From Antedon mediterranea (Eukaryota; Animalia; Echinodermata), in contig NC_092670.1 in the NCBI RefSeq assembly GCF_964355755.1, forward strand, positions 21,252,795-21,316,794: a DNA stretch of 64,000 nucleotides. The letters are read 5' to 3'. Below are positions 1 to 13,378 of this stretch, piece by piece; the stretch's first letter is position 1, and the number at the start of each line of letters is the position of its first letter. The position numbers and the translations under genes are program-made. Under the pieces are notes generated by a model, which was not told where the DNA came from, did no database searches, and saw only the letters and a list, made by a program, of their open reading frames with translations.

Positions 1-49
1 TTATACAATTGAAAGCAAAACCCGTTGAATCTCAAATCATTAGGACTAG

Positions 50-1200
50 AAATTTGGCTTATCAATCAAATAAATACTTTCGTTCAAAATGAAACTCCAA
101 CCTCTCTAATCAAAAGATTGAACTCGAAAACGGACCGTTTTTTTTAATTGGGTATGTTGAAACATTTCAATATTCATTTAAAAAAGTACATTAATTATGG
201 TATTGATCAGTGGCTATAGAGGCGTAAAAACCCTCGGTCAATATCATGTAAAATGCACTGTGGAAGGGTCATTATTAAGACTGCAAAATTGGGCTTATCA
301 ACAAATAAATACTTTCGTTCAAAATGTAAAATCAAGGCTGAAAAATTGGGCTTATCAACAACAAAATATTTTATTATTAGACGCGATAACATCAAGGATA
401 ATCAGTATAATTATTAATATAGCCACTGTTACTAGTTTTATTCTACATGCTAAAGTAAATAAAAATCCACTAGAAAACAAGCAAGTCTGAATGTTATGCT
501 TATTTAATATTAGCCATGTTATGTTTGTTACTGTAGGCCTATGATTGTTTGCAATGTCCACATATTATTTCCGTGGGCATATCCATAGTGTATCACTCAC
601 AAAAAAGACGTGTGAGGTTCTTTCTTTAGATTTTGAAGAATGATTTGTGTTACAGGTTGACACAAGAGTCAAATGCTCAAGATATCGGCTAACGCCATGG
701 GACCCTTGGCTTATCAATGAATAATAAATACAGTACTACTTTCGTTCAATTGAAATCGGAATCTGACCGTTTCATTAAATTGGGTGTGATTAGGCCTAAA
801 CATATAATAATTTATTAAAAAGGTACAATAAAAACAAATGCATCAGAGGCGTAAAGAACCCACGGTCAATATCATGTAAAATGTATATGGTATAAGTACT
901 GTGGAAGGGGTCATTATTATTAAACTGGAAAATTCGGCTTATCAACAAATAAATACTTTCGTTTAAAATGTAAAATAAGACTGCAAAATTGGGCTTATCA
1001 ACAAATAAATACTTTCGTTCAAAATGTAAAATAAGACTGCACAATTGGGCTTATCAACAAATAAAATACTTTTTTTTTCAAAATGTAAAATTAAGACTGG
1101 AAAATTGAGCTTATAAACAAATAAATACTTTTTTTCAAAATGTAAAATTAAGACTGGAAAATTGGGCTTATAAACAAATAAATACTTCCGTTCAAAATGG
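50..1200. repeat. Imperfect ~56-bp tandem/dispersed repeat (AAAATTGGGCTTATCAACAAATAAATACTTTCGTTCAAAATGTAAAATAAGACTG)
   Basis: About 5 tandem copies at ~925-1200, about 1.5 at ~280-365 and single copies at ~50 and ~705; block ~140-360 resembles ~770-960. Confidence 0.85.
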
Positions 1201-1229
1201 AAGAAAACTTTTTTTAAATATAATCCTTA

Positions 1230-1382
1230 AGCTCTGTCTATACTATCAAACTAAATATGATGTGCCCATATTATATAGACATGATGATGTCATATCACTA
1301 CGATAATCGGGCATATCACTACCATATTTGGGCACATCACACTTTTTTTGTTAAACTAGTTGGGACAGTGTAGACACAGAAC
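1230..1382. mobile_element. MITE family A copy (TIR AGCTCTGTCTACACTATCAAACT, internal GATATGCCCAAATATGGTAGT repeats)
   Basis: Same palindromic element recurs at ~7012, 10737, 11131, 12107, 15050, 25074, 28625 and 40331. Confidence 0.75.
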
Positions 1383-2113
1383 TATGTGATCGAAACATAA
1401 GTCGGAATTGGACTGACGCGATTGATTTAATTGGGTATTTTTATTAATGTAATGATTCATTAAAAATAATACCGATACGCGTTTGGTATTGATCAATGGT
1501 GCAAAAAACCCTGAGAAATAATGTTACAACGCGATTTGGTGATAGCTTAGCAATAATACAACCCATATACTATTATTATAAATACCTATTACAAATCCAT
1601 TCATATAACTTTTCATCGCGAACCGAAAATGTATAAATGTTATTCTACAGACAGTAATTATATATTCAAAAGCCATATTATTATTATTATCAATACCTAA
1701 ATGCGATAGTAATAAGCACATACATTATTCCCAATACAAGTTTGTGCGTTTAATTCTAGAAAGAAACCACTGTGCTGACAGGCCAATGACATAAATCACA
1801 AGTAAAGTCCCAATTGTTCACTTGCGTTTTGATTGGCCGACCTGTTATATTAGATTAATGAAGACTGTTCTTACAACTGTCCAGTCAAAAAGTTACGCGG
1901 CGTTTTTTGTAAGAAATATTTCTTGTTTAATAATAAATTTTATTGAAAATATTCCTTTAACACACACACACGTGGGCTGTATATAAAACAATACTAAGTA
2001 TTAAAAACGACCTGCAGTTATAAATAAGACAACATCCTCTTTCGTTTAAGTCGTATTACAAGTAAACCGATTTCACCAAAATGTCCCAAAAGTCTTTCAG
2101 ACGATGTCAAATT

Positions 2114-2611
2114 TCATATTCCAATTATGTGCTCATGTTGTTGATGTCCATACGTCACGAGCGGATTGGTTAATGACGTCACATCATTACTAGGTAGTAC
2201 TCCAATGTGTCCGTCCCCCGTTTTCAAATAAAGTTCTTTCAAGTTTACCTTAACACCGAATCTGCATAATATCACAAACATCTCGCAACCGAAGTACTGC
2301 TTTGTGAACCAGTCCACTCCTAAATGTTTGTACGCAGTTTCTATAACATCATCATTACCCAGCGAAGGTATGTTATAAAATAATTTACCGTGTTTGTCGT
2401 TATTTACACGCATTAGATTACTCCCGGAAACGGATTTAAGTTTTTCTTTTTTCACACAAGGAAATCTGACATGTATTAGCTCGTCGTTACCAATATAGAC
2501 TGCCCAATGATTGAAAGATGATTTTAAATGTTGTATTTCTAAGATATCACCGGGCTTGCAGTACTTTAGCAACCTCTCTGATGTTGTGAATTTATTTGAG
2601 CTGTTACCCAT
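2114..2611 (-). CDS. PLAAT/HRASLS (LRAT-like NlpC/P60) phospholipase A/acyltransferase-like protein, 165 aa, single coding exon
   Basis: KPGDILEI, FNHWAVYIGNDELIH (two His of the H-box), RVNN and GCEMFVILCRFG (variant of NCEHFV..CRYG). Probable 5'UTR intron 2719-2919 (GTAAGT...TTTTTAG on -). Confidence 0.85.
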   Translation of the reverse strand: MGNSSNKFTTSERLLKYCKPGDILEIQHLKSSFNHWAVYIGNDELIHVRFPCVKKEKLKSVSGSNLMRVNNDKHGKLFYNIPSLGNDDVIETAYKHLGVDWFTKQYFGCEMFVILCRFGVKVNLKELYLKTGDGHIGVLPSNDVTSLTNPLVTYGHQQHEHIIGI

Positions 2612-4321
2612 GTTACTTTTCGTTTTGTATCGCTTTTAACGTTCATACGCGTTACACACAGTGTTTAGTAACGACGATGTTGGCGGCACAGGATTAATCC
2701 GTCATTCCAGTCTCGCACCTAAAAAAAATAAATAAAAACAACTATTGAATACATGACTATGTAGCACGTAGCACGAGTCGGACGTCGTCTATTCTGTCAA
2801 TGCTTTCACAAGTAATTACTCAATAAAAGTCATATCAAATTGGATACCAAATTTGGACCGACGCAATACGTATGGTAGTATAGGCCTAACTTATGTATAG
2901 AAATATAATATGAACTTACCGAGTCAGTGACAATTTTGCCTATTGAGTGGGCTAATTGAGTAGGGTTCTTCTATCTGTTAAAACTATATTTTTTGTTGAT
3001 TCTACTATTTTATACAGACTTAACCAAACATTGAATCGTGTTGCGGTCTCGTAGGCTTGTAGACATTTTTTTCTTTTTAAAAGAGTACAAAAGAATGTAA
3101 AAACTAAATTTTACACTTACAATGATAATCGGGTTGAAGTCCCAAAGTGCTTTTGTTATGGAAATATGATGAATAAAAAATCCGTTATGGTGCGTGCCTC
3201 ACAACAAGTAGGCCTAACTTTGGTTTTATGGAAAATGCTTCAGACTAAAACATGTACAGTAAACTAAAATGTTATGGTAAATAATATTCCCTGGTTCAAG
3301 TCATCAACCAAGTTGTACTCCATTCAGACAAGTATAATTTAATGAACAATCATAAACTAATAAACGAATTAAACATTTTTTATAATAAATTAATAATTTA
3401 AAGGTAAAGTTTTCCTGTAATTTTCCCCGCCCTCCAGAGGGCGGCAAACGTGTTTTTCTCGCTTTCAGAGAAAGATTTGAGCCAAAAATGTAAAAACAAC
3501 TTGAGTACACATATGAATATGCGGGTAGGTTATCCGCTTTAAAAACACCGATACCGATGTGATGGAATAAAATGTTCAATCGTGCAATGAAGATTTAAAT
3601 GATACCAGTAAGTAACAGCATGTTATTAATAGTTTAATATAGTTTTATTTGCACTCCATCCAGGCCTCTCTATGTTTCACAGGTGGTCACGACATTCACA
3701 GCAGGCCAGTCCACTTTCGTTGACGTTGGGGACTCGTGTGCCTATGCCAAGGCTACAATTTTAGGTTTTTGATTTTTGTCCGTGTTATGATTTATACTGA
3801 TGCAGATAATAATCTAAAATAAATGCAGACCAAGCTTACTATAGGCCTCTCAAATGAATGCCAAAAATATCTAGTTTTAGTGTCACATACTGATTATAAA
3901 AATAATTAATATTTTATTTTCTTTATTAAATTGTTAAAATATTTAACTTAAAGGTTAGCTCCAGGCTCCGGCTAAAAAAATTTTTTTTTTAATTATAAAA
4001 AAAATAGCATTAATAATACTTATATTTTTTACTACAGTTAAGCAGAGTGAACGTCAAGAAGTTGAATTAAGCTTTTTTTTTGGTGATTTTAAATGTCATG
4101 TTATACCGGAGCTACCCGTTAAGCAGATTAAGTCCTCATTCTCTACGTTTTCTAGATCTAATTAAGGTCACAAACTTCATTAATGTAAAAATAAATACTA
4201 TATGGTCCTATTGAAATAACTTGTTTCGTCTATACGGTTAAAAATGGAAAAAAACAAGTTGATTCTAATAATTTCATCGATCGTGAGGACAAAACAATGG
4301 AAGACTTATAACTTTTCAGCG

Positions 4322-4380
4322 AAAATACCAGGTTTTCCCCAAAATACCAGGTTTTCCCCAAAATACCAGGTTTTCCCCAA
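4322..4380. repeat. Short tandem repeat, 3 x ~20 bp (AAAATACCAGGTTTTCCCC)
   Basis: Directly visible. Confidence 0.85.
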
Positions 4381-4518
4381 TTTGTATCAACGAATTCTGG
4401 AAAAAACAGAAAGACAATTAATGCAGAAACTATACAACCAACGTCAGGCTAGGCCTAGGCTATAGATGGCCGTAAAATTTGACCAGGCTAATTGAACTCA
4501 TCACTTTCACCTCGCTTA

Positions 4519-5221
4519 GGTCGTGTTCGTACGGTGGTTAAAATAAGCGCTTAATTTCACTCATGCCTCGGGTTATAAATTGAACGTTGTTCGTACTTGA
4601 AATATTTAACCGCTTAAATGCTTAATCGACGAATCACAAACCGGAAATTACGTTTTAAGGTCAGTTGTCTTTACAACCTACGACCCAATTTTCGCACGCT
4701 AGTTTCATGTTGTATATTTTTTACTCGCGATCTTTCTTTACAATAACAATTACTTGCTACCTTTTACACTGCTTATCCTTGCGACAAACCTTATGCCTCT
4801 TAACGCCGATAATCCTGCCGAAATATGCCTTCTCCTGACGACCATTATTTTACTCCTTGACGAAGAATTTGAGCCCAATGTTACACGACGGAAACACCAC
4901 CGACCAGCTAGGCCTACTAAGCGGTCTACACCAACAAGGACAGCACCAGCTGACGATCGCTCTCGAAGGGTGTATATGGAAGAGCTTCGTAGGAGAAATG
5001 ACGGGCCTAGGCAGCGAACGTTTGTCAAAATTTGACACATTGCCTCTATCGGAGATTTATTATCCTCGAAGGCCGAGTATAATTGGATTATCGCTGAAAT
5101 AACCTGTAAATTTGGTGAACATTTTGCCTCGAATTTTTTGTAGCCTGAGGCAAAAGTTAATTGGATCACGCGAACGGAAATCGGGAATAAGCTGGTATTT
5201 TCAACCCCTACGAACAGGCCC
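4519..5221. mobile_element. Non-autonomous DNA transposon, PIF/Harbinger-like
   Basis: Imperfect TIRs GGTCGTGTTCGTA / TACGAACAGGCCC flanked by TTA/TAA; GC/CpG-richer interior than the flanks. Confidence 0.5.
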
Positions 5222-6074
5222 TAAGTACATTTTTGGAACAAGGAGTCATTGTTTATACCAGAGATTATAGTCTTACAGAGGATTATGTGAACTATGCAGT
5301 TACTGCCCAACCAAATCAGAAATCCATAGAGATTTTTAATACCTTCAGATTTGTGTAGAACAACATTAGGCAACATTGAAGCAATTGCATTCAAAGGATA
5401 ATCAAAGACTGCACTCTGAATAAATGAATGAAACTTGTTTAACTAATCTCCCATCAGTTAGAGATTAATGCTATTAAATTTAAAGAAAGTCCAAGGCAAC
5501 ACAATTTTAAAAGAAATAATGCGAATTAATAATATTATGAATTGTATTATTATCTCAATATCTCTTATCATAGACAATTATAATTAATAAATAATAGTGA
5601 TTTAATCAAATATGTTGGTACCTGTATTTATTTAGTCTACTAAGCTCTGAACTCTGCTGTAAAGTGTAACTTCATTTTCTCTGACTCAACAACTTGGTAA
5701 GACTAGAATGGAGTTATATTTATAAACATTATTTTTAGTTATAAATTTAATTATAATGTACTGTAGGCCTATAATGTGTATTAGTACTCTCATTTTTAGG
5801 TTTTAATGACTGATTTTTATAAAATTGAATAAGAACCGAAACATCAATAAAATTTGAGTTTATAAACAACTCTCACAATCGGAACGTCTTATCAGGGAGT
5901 TTTACAATTTTACAACTCCCTGTCTTATTTCTGTAGTAGCAGCCAATCCTAACTTGTTTGTTTGTGGTCATCCTATTTCCACTCATTAGGAAGCTTTCTA
6001 TTTGTGACGACTGACGACAAAAGCTATGTCATGTTAGTTTATGTCATTGTGTTCATGCAGAAATATTGAGATAC

Positions 6075-6077
<3 letters not shown>

Positions 6078-6113
<36 letters not shown>

Positions 6114-6339
6114 TATTTAATGAGGGTGATCCATCCAGCTATTGCTGATCATTAGGGACCCTCAGAGGTTCACAAGACAAACATATACACAAGATGCTAT
6201 ACATGAACAAAGTCTTATTACAAGTCTTTGGAAGTGGAGTAATTTGGTCCTTAGAAAAAATCCTGACATGTGACGGGACTTGAACCCAGGACCCTTAGAG
6301 TGGTAGCCGAGCATCATAACCACCAAGCCACAACTCCAC
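6078..6339 (-). mobile_element. tRNA-derived SINE family 1, full length with poly(A) tail
   Basis: Near-identical reverse complement of 29491-29744; A-box TGGCTTGGTGG, B-box GGTTCAAGTCC; poly-T run of about 30 nt on + from 6078. Confidence 0.85.
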
Positions 6340-6546
6340 TTTCTCGCTCCTCACCTCGACAAAGGTTTGATGGTTTCTAGGAAAGGTTTAGGCAACGACC
6401 GATGACACATCGATTGACCTGTCTTAGGTTGGTAAATGGTCCTCGCAATCAAAAGCTCAGATATTATCTTTAATGAATATTAAAACCATATTAAACTGTT
6501 TTTTCTCTCCACAGAATCACTATACAAAGCAAGAATTCAAATAAAA

Positions 6547-9500
6547 ATGGAAACAAAAATAAAAGCACAAACAAAAATCAAGAAAAGTGTCAACTCATAT
6601 TGTTCAAAAGAAAGATGGAAACACCGGTTTCCGATTATAACTTGGTTGCCACGGTATCAGAAAGACTGGATTATTAGTGACATCATAGCTGGACTAACAG
6701 TAGGACTTACAGTTCTTCCTCAAGGCTTAGCATACGCTAATATTGCTAAATTACCAATACAGGTAATGAATAGATGATTATTTTTTAGTTAATGTTTTTA
6801 AATTATTATTTTCCACAGATACTTGTAAATTGTTAAATCATTTTTTTTCCCTTAACTTTTATTTTACTTACTCTGGATGCACCTTCATTCAAGAAGTGTG
6901 CCACTGTTTCAAAAGTGTAGCTTTCAAATAAATTATTATTAAATTATTAGTAATTATATGCTAATATGAATGCTAACATTCTTTGTTACAATGGAATCAA
7001 CATTGCACCTAGAGCTCTTTCTACACTATCAAACTTTATGTGACAAATGTGTTAATGTGGTGTGCCCAAATATGTCACATCACTACTATATTTTGTCAAA
7101 CTAGTTTGCTACAGTAGTATAGACAGAGTTTAACACTAAATATTACTATAAATCCAAAAATACAATGTGAAACAAATTATATATATCAAGGCATCTTTAT
7201 TCAGAAACTAAACATCTAGAAACTCAACCTAATTTGAGGGTAGTCATCTTTGAAGTCAATATTTAAAAAATTGATTTTTATTGCACAATATTTTTTATTT
7301 TAAATGATATTTTGTTTAAAATGTTATGTTATTACATTACACCTATATCAAAGATTGCATGATTAAGTATGATATAAGAAAAAAAATATTATTGAACAAA
7401 TATCACATTACTCCACTTACAGCATGGTCTATATGCCGCAGCACTCGGTGGTTTTATCTACTGCATTCTGGGAATGTCACGTGACATAAGTATAGGTCCG
7501 ACAGCCATCATGTCCCTCTTGGTCAGTGGATACGGTGTTGCATTGGCGGATGACCCAGAGACGAATGATCCAACTTACGCTATCCTTCTTGCTTTTTTCT
7601 GCGGGCTTATACAATTCGTCATGGGAGTATTTCACCTTGGTAAATATACTTGATTAAATTGATCAGACGATATAAAAAAATTTTAGTTTCACGTCCGCTC
7701 CCTCATCAATTTTAGATCTGCATGACTTTTATTTTAATATTTGCTATTAATGATTGTATTCAATTGGACTTTTAAGCTATCATTCTTATGTTGGTACTGT
7801 ACATCAAAATAGCTAACAGTAAACCATTCATTAATAAAATTCAAATCTCAGATGTAAAACTTGTATTTGGTTTTCTGTTATTAAAAAGATTAGAATACTA
7901 TAGATAGTTTCATTATTTGACCTTGCAGCCTGTACAGGTTAAAATAAAATAAAAATTTATATTGTAGATACAAAAATAATTGTTGTAATATTATATACAT
8001 TGTATACACTGCATGAAACAAATATTATCACTTGTATACAATCTCTAAATAACAAACTGTAAAATCTCTCTTTAATAGACTTTACTGATGTTTTTTAATT
8101 CGTGCAATTGACAGCCTGATTAGTAAATCAAATAACACTATAAACTCACAATACAATCTCCTGTGTATTGATTTTGTTTGAATTGAATTCTGATTATAGG
8201 CTGCTACCCATTCTTGCATACCGTAATTGATTATATATCTGTAAAGTTCAAACTGTTTGTCAGCATATTTGTTATGAAACGTTATCCCTGTTGACAGAAA
8301 AATTAAATGCCCTTATTTTTTTCTAATAGCAAAATCAGTTTTCTGTAAAGCTCTGTTCACACTGTTTCTGTCCGCTGGCCTAAGAAAACTGTATTTGTTT
8401 TGCTCTGTGTTCACACATACCTATTGTACAGAATCCGATTGAGAAATTCTATTCTTAAACACTATAATATTATCTTTATCTGGAATTAAATCGGGTCTCA
8501 GTGTGAAAGTAGTTTAAACCTTGCTTTCCATGTTCTAATTTGTTTACATTTGTCAACAATGCTATTTAGTATTAAAAAATGAAAATCCTTTCAAATTAAA
8601 TTATAATATAGCCAGAGTATGAAATGGTATGAAATATGCTTATTTATGTAAAAAAAAATTGTTGTATTGATTTACTAATGAATGACAATTGTTTTCATTA
8701 ATGACTTTTGTTTGTTTAGGTTTTGTTACAAATTTCATCTCAACTGTGGTGATATCTGGGTTCACTTCAGCCGCAGCTATCACCATTGGCTTTGGTCAGT
8801 TGAAGAATATATTTGGCGTCAAAATGGCGTCAGAGTCATTCTTTCACGATGTGAAGGAATTAGTTAAAGTCATCCCAGACATAAGGTAAAGCAAATTAAG
8901 ATTTTAATATCGGTTTTCCTCTTATGTATTATTATGCCCATATAAAGAAAACATAACCCCCATATTTGGTAATGTATTCATGTTCATAATATGTACCTGT
9001 ACACATATTAGGACATTTAGCCCATAGTGTACATGATCATGCCCATACATAGTATTGCCCAAATTTGGGCATAATCTTGTAACATAAACCAATATTTTTT
9101 TATTCGTTTATTACAGTAATAATTTTTTTTTTCTGGGTTAGAAAATGGGACACAATTTTAGGAATCTGTTGTATATTAGTTCTTGCTGTTTTGAGGGTAA
9201 GCAAAGTTGAAATTATTAATCGTTAATGTATTCAATTTAAACATGTATGTTTTTTCATAGTTTTGCTATACATATCAGGGGCGGATCCAGCATTATAGAT
9301 TAGAGAAGGGGGGGGGGGGGGGTGAAGATTTAATAAAATGATAAAATGGGTTGCAAAAAAAAAAAGTAGTCATTATTTTATTTTAAAAAGACATGGCTGT
9401 TTAATCCCGCCTGCATATTGTTGTTCTTTCTTGTTGCAACATTTTAATTTCAAATATCATTTGATTAAAGTGCTGCAAACAATACAGTGACCGACAGACT

Positions 9501-12500
9501 AAGCACCTACAAGATACAATAATGCCTACTCGGAAAAAAGTAGTTCTGAAAATTATGTGGTTGATAGGAACAGGTATGGTACATTTCTCTTATTTTATTA
9601 CTCTTTGAAAATTCATAATTCTTTTATTGTGATTATAACAAAATCTTGCAAGATAATTATATGAGCCTATTTATTTATACTCATTGGTGAAACAGCACAC
9701 AACAACTAATAGTAACTTTACAAATCTGTTTGTTTATTTATCAGCACGCAATGCTGTTGTTGTAATGATAACATGTGTATTGGCATACTTTTTACAAACT
9801 GACGGCGTAAGCCCATTTGTTCTTACTGGTAACATGACCGCTGGCATCCCACCAATCAAGCTTCCTGATTTCTCTGCTCCGAATATATTTCAGGTAAGTT
9901 ACACATATATACTTTAAATCGTCCATTCTCAACTCTATCAATTGTTACACACATCATTGTCATTTTAAAAGTAATTTGCCTTTGGATTTATATTATATAT
10001 GTTAATGATGATTGTCTGTAGTCTTTTGGCGGATAACAATTATAACTTGCCATTTATATTGATTAAGTTTGGTAATAGAATCAATTTCTCTTTGTTCTCT
10101 TGTAGGTATTAAATTCTGGAATAATTTTAATCCCACTGATTGGATTTCTAGAAAATGTTGCAATTGGTAAAGGCTTTGGTAGGCATTCAGTTTTATTATT
10201 TTTATTTTAATAAATAAATTATTGTAAAATTCTTACTATAATTATCCTATTTACAATGTATTAGCTTTTCATACAAAATTTCTAAGCATTAAAACCAAAC
10301 ATATAATGTGTGTTTTTATAATTTCAGGTCGTAAGGGGAACTACAAAATAGACTCGAACCAAGAACTAATTGCATTAGGTAAGTCAATTAATACTGGTGA
10401 CAAATCATGGAAATGTGGCTTAAACATACCTTCCAGTCACACAACACTGGGAATTCAACTCTTCAATACCCTAACCTCATAATTGTTTTAATGATATATG
10501 AGATAATTTTGTTCACATTTATTTGTGTATTTTGTCTAGGTGCTTGTAATCTGGGAGGCTCTCTTTTATCAGCATACCCAGTCACTGGCAGTTTTTCAAG
10601 GTAAAAATAAAAATATTTAAAGATAATTATATAACTATAAAATCTCAATGACTGTTTCACTTATCTTTTATACACCACTTAAACCTGGACAATGTAGGCT
10701 AGCCTGGATCACCGAATTCATCATTAACAACTCTTAAGCTCTGTCTACACTACCAAACTAGTTTGACAACAAAAGTGTGATGTACCCAAATATGGTAGTG
10801 ATATAACATCATCATGTCCATATGGGAATTTTTGATAGTTTAATAGTGTAAACAGAGCTTTACTCATTTAATATTCTAATATATCTTGCATTCACACAGG
10901 TCAGCCATCAACTCTCAAAGCGGAGTACGTTCACCTTTAGCAGGGCTCCTGACGGGCTCCCTCGTCTTCATCTCCCTCGTTTGTCTGACACCACTTTTTC
11001 AGTACATTCCAAAATCTTCACTAGCAGCTGTTATCATATACTCGGTCATCTTTATGGTTGATTATAAAATTGTTCCAAATCTTTGGCGTGTTCGGAGTAA
11101 GTATAACGTTTGCTTATTTTATTTCTGTTTAGCTCTGTCTACACTATCAGACTTTATATGGATACGATGATAATTATATCACTACCATATTTGGGCATAT
11201 CACTACCATATTTGGGCATATCACTACCATATTTGGGCACATCAAATTTTTTTTGTTAAACTAGTTTGATAGTGTAGAAAGAGCTTTAGCAGTATATATT
11301 TCCATTTATCAATCTCATATTTAAATCTATTTTGGTTAAATTATTACTATATTTTTTACAGAGTTGGATCTTGTCACACTTTTCTCCACATTCTTTTTGT
11401 CCTTGTTGTTGGGTGTAGAATACGGAACTTTGATTGGCATTGGTGTAGATCTTTTAATTTTACTAGGACCAATATCTCGTCCTGGTGCTAAAGTGAGTTG
11501 CCTTATATAATTTAACTTGTGTATAGTTTGTTATCTACCTTTAGATAGTTTGTTACTTTATATAATTTGTTAAATTTGTGTTAATAAAAATTTCAGAATA
11601 AATTTGTACAAAATGTATTTAGGAAATACAATTGAATATTTGGATATGATTAATTACATAATTAAGTAATTAATGTGAGTAGATAGATTATTGGTAACCA
11701 ATCAAATGATTCAAAGAACGGTTAAATAGACCAATCAAATAGTAGTATTCAAAAATGTAATATACGATTACAATTACATTTGACACATAATATCTATTTT
11801 GTCTTTCTAGACACGTAAAGTCGGTAGTGTTACTGTAATCAAACTAGAACGAGGTTTGAATTATCCCGCCCTCAATAAGGTTGAAACTATTTTGGATGAG
11901 CATGTGATGTTTATTGATGACGCTAACTCAGTTGTCTTTGACTTCACACATGTTGCTGACACCGATTACTCGGTCGTTGAGGTAAACTTTATATTAATAA
12001 ATTACAATATTTTATACCCACTCCACCCCGAGTTTATCCCTTTTGAGAAGGTGGGTTACAAAATTTAAAACTGATTTCAAGCAAACTGATTTTTGTAGGG
12101 TTATTAAGCTATGTCTACACTATCAAACTAGTTTGACAGAAAAAGTGTGATGTGTCCAAGTATGATAGTGATATGCCCAAAAATGGTAGTGATATGACAT
12201 CATCATGTCCATATATGGGCACATCACATTTTTTTTCACAAAAAGTTTGATAGTGCAGACAGAGCATAAGCTATCACTATGCCTGATTTTTTTCATAATT
12301 GTATTATCATATTTAGTAAAAATTGTTGATTTTCATTGAAAATTATTATTTTTATTTTGTTATAGGCTCTTAACAATCTTTTAAATGACTGTAAGCTGCT
12401 AAATGTTCAAATTGCATTTGCATGCGTCCAAGTAAGTATAGCATTGATTTTAAACAAAATTAAGATAATTTGTTTGTTGAAGCAAATTTTATAAATCTGA

Positions 12501-13192
12501 CTCCTATTCTATGATCTTATGCATTTTGAAAGAACAAAACATCTGTATCACACAGTAGAACCCTAAGGGAGCAACTTCGGAGCCTAATAAAAGTGTCCCC
12601 TAAGCGGTGTCCCTTAGTACTGTAGGTATGGCCCCTGAATATTGGTTGGCGGTAGTGATGAAAGAATACTGTATTGCTTTTTCCTTTCACAGGAAAGTGT
12701 CTTCTTATTAGGGGCGTCCTCTGAATAGAAGTTCCTACAGACTAGGCCCAGGGTTAATACTTATATTTCTTTCTTTGTTAAATTGTAGTGGAGCTGTAGC
12801 TTGGTGCTTAACATGTTTCCAATCCCAAGGTCCAGGGTTCAATCCTGACATAGTGCCAGTGTTGTAACTCACAACTCTTTCAACTCCACTCCTCAAGCCT
12901 AAAATGAGACTTGGTTTATAAGCACGATAAATTATTAAATAGTTTATCCATCCTCTATAACACATGTAACAAATAATTTCAGCACAAAGTTAGGATGAAG
13001 CTCACAAGGAGTAAAGCACCAAACATTGAAAAGTTCATGTTCGAAACTGTTGAGGATGCTGTGAAGGAATTGACGGATGAAGAACTGATCTCAGAGGAAG
13101 AGATTGGGATGGAAGTGGATGAAGCTTCAGATTTAAATCCTACACAAAGATGTAAAATACAAGAGAAAATGATAGTGGAAACGGAAGCTTAA
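6547..13192 (+). CDS. SLC26A11: Sodium-independent sulfate anion transporter (SLC26 family, STAS domain), ~621 aa
   Basis: GT-AG exons: 6547-6762, 7423-7639, 8720-8885, 9142-9196, 9471-9573, 9745-9893, 10106-10178, 10328-10378, 10540-10600, 10900-11096, 11362-11492, 11811-11981, 12366-12431, 12983-13192 (1866 nt, in frame). Motifs DIIAGLTVGLTVLPQGLAYA, GPTAIMSLL, NQELIALG, YPVTGSFSRSAINSQSGVRSP. Confidence 0.92.
10737..10860. mobile_element. MITE family A copy (SLC26A11 intron)
   Basis: TTA-AGCTCTGTCTACAC...GTGTAAACAGAGCT-TTA. Confidence 0.75.
11131..11285. mobile_element. MITE family A copy (SLC26A11 intron)
   Basis: Same TIR plus three internal ATATCACTACCATATTTGGGC repeats. Confidence 0.75.
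12107..12266. mobile_element. MITE family A copy (SLC26A11 intron)
   Basis: AGCTATGTCTACACTATCAAACT...GATAGTGCAGACAGAGC. Confidence 0.75.
12788..12958 (+). mobile_element. tRNA-derived SINE family 2
   Basis: GGAGCTGTAGCTTGG...CCAATCCCAAGGTCCAGGGTTCAATCC head; homologous to 26244-26480 and 60364-60570. Confidence 0.75.
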
Positions 13193-13202
13193 TACCTCTA
13201 AA

Positions 13203-13378
13203 GGGTCTTTCACACCAGTTCCAGCACAGTTCCAATCCGGCGCCATTAAATCAAATGTCAATGTTTCATTTTCACGATGCTCCATGCAGCTATGTATCAA
13301 TTAATATGCGTGTGCGTGAAAACAAAAACATTGGCGTTCGATTTGATTTGCCAGCACCGGAACAGGTGTGAAAGTCCC
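13203..13378. mobile_element. MITE immediately after the SLC26A11 stop codon (3'UTR)
   Basis: TIR GGGTCTTTCACACCAGTTCC / GGAACAGGTGTGAAAGTCCC. Confidence 0.7.

Noticed and set aside
197-1044. Short ORFs at the window start
   Set aside because: Derived from the 56-bp repeat; no coding features.
4750-5169. Overlapping 62-139 aa ORFs
   Set aside because: Lie within a GC-richer non-autonomous transposon; no recognisable domain or splice support.
6240-6339. tRNA gene-like sequences (also 12788, 25500, 26244, 29491, 60364)
   Set aside because: Have A/B boxes but no complete cloverleaf and continue into shared bodies and tails, so they are SINE heads rather than tRNA genes.
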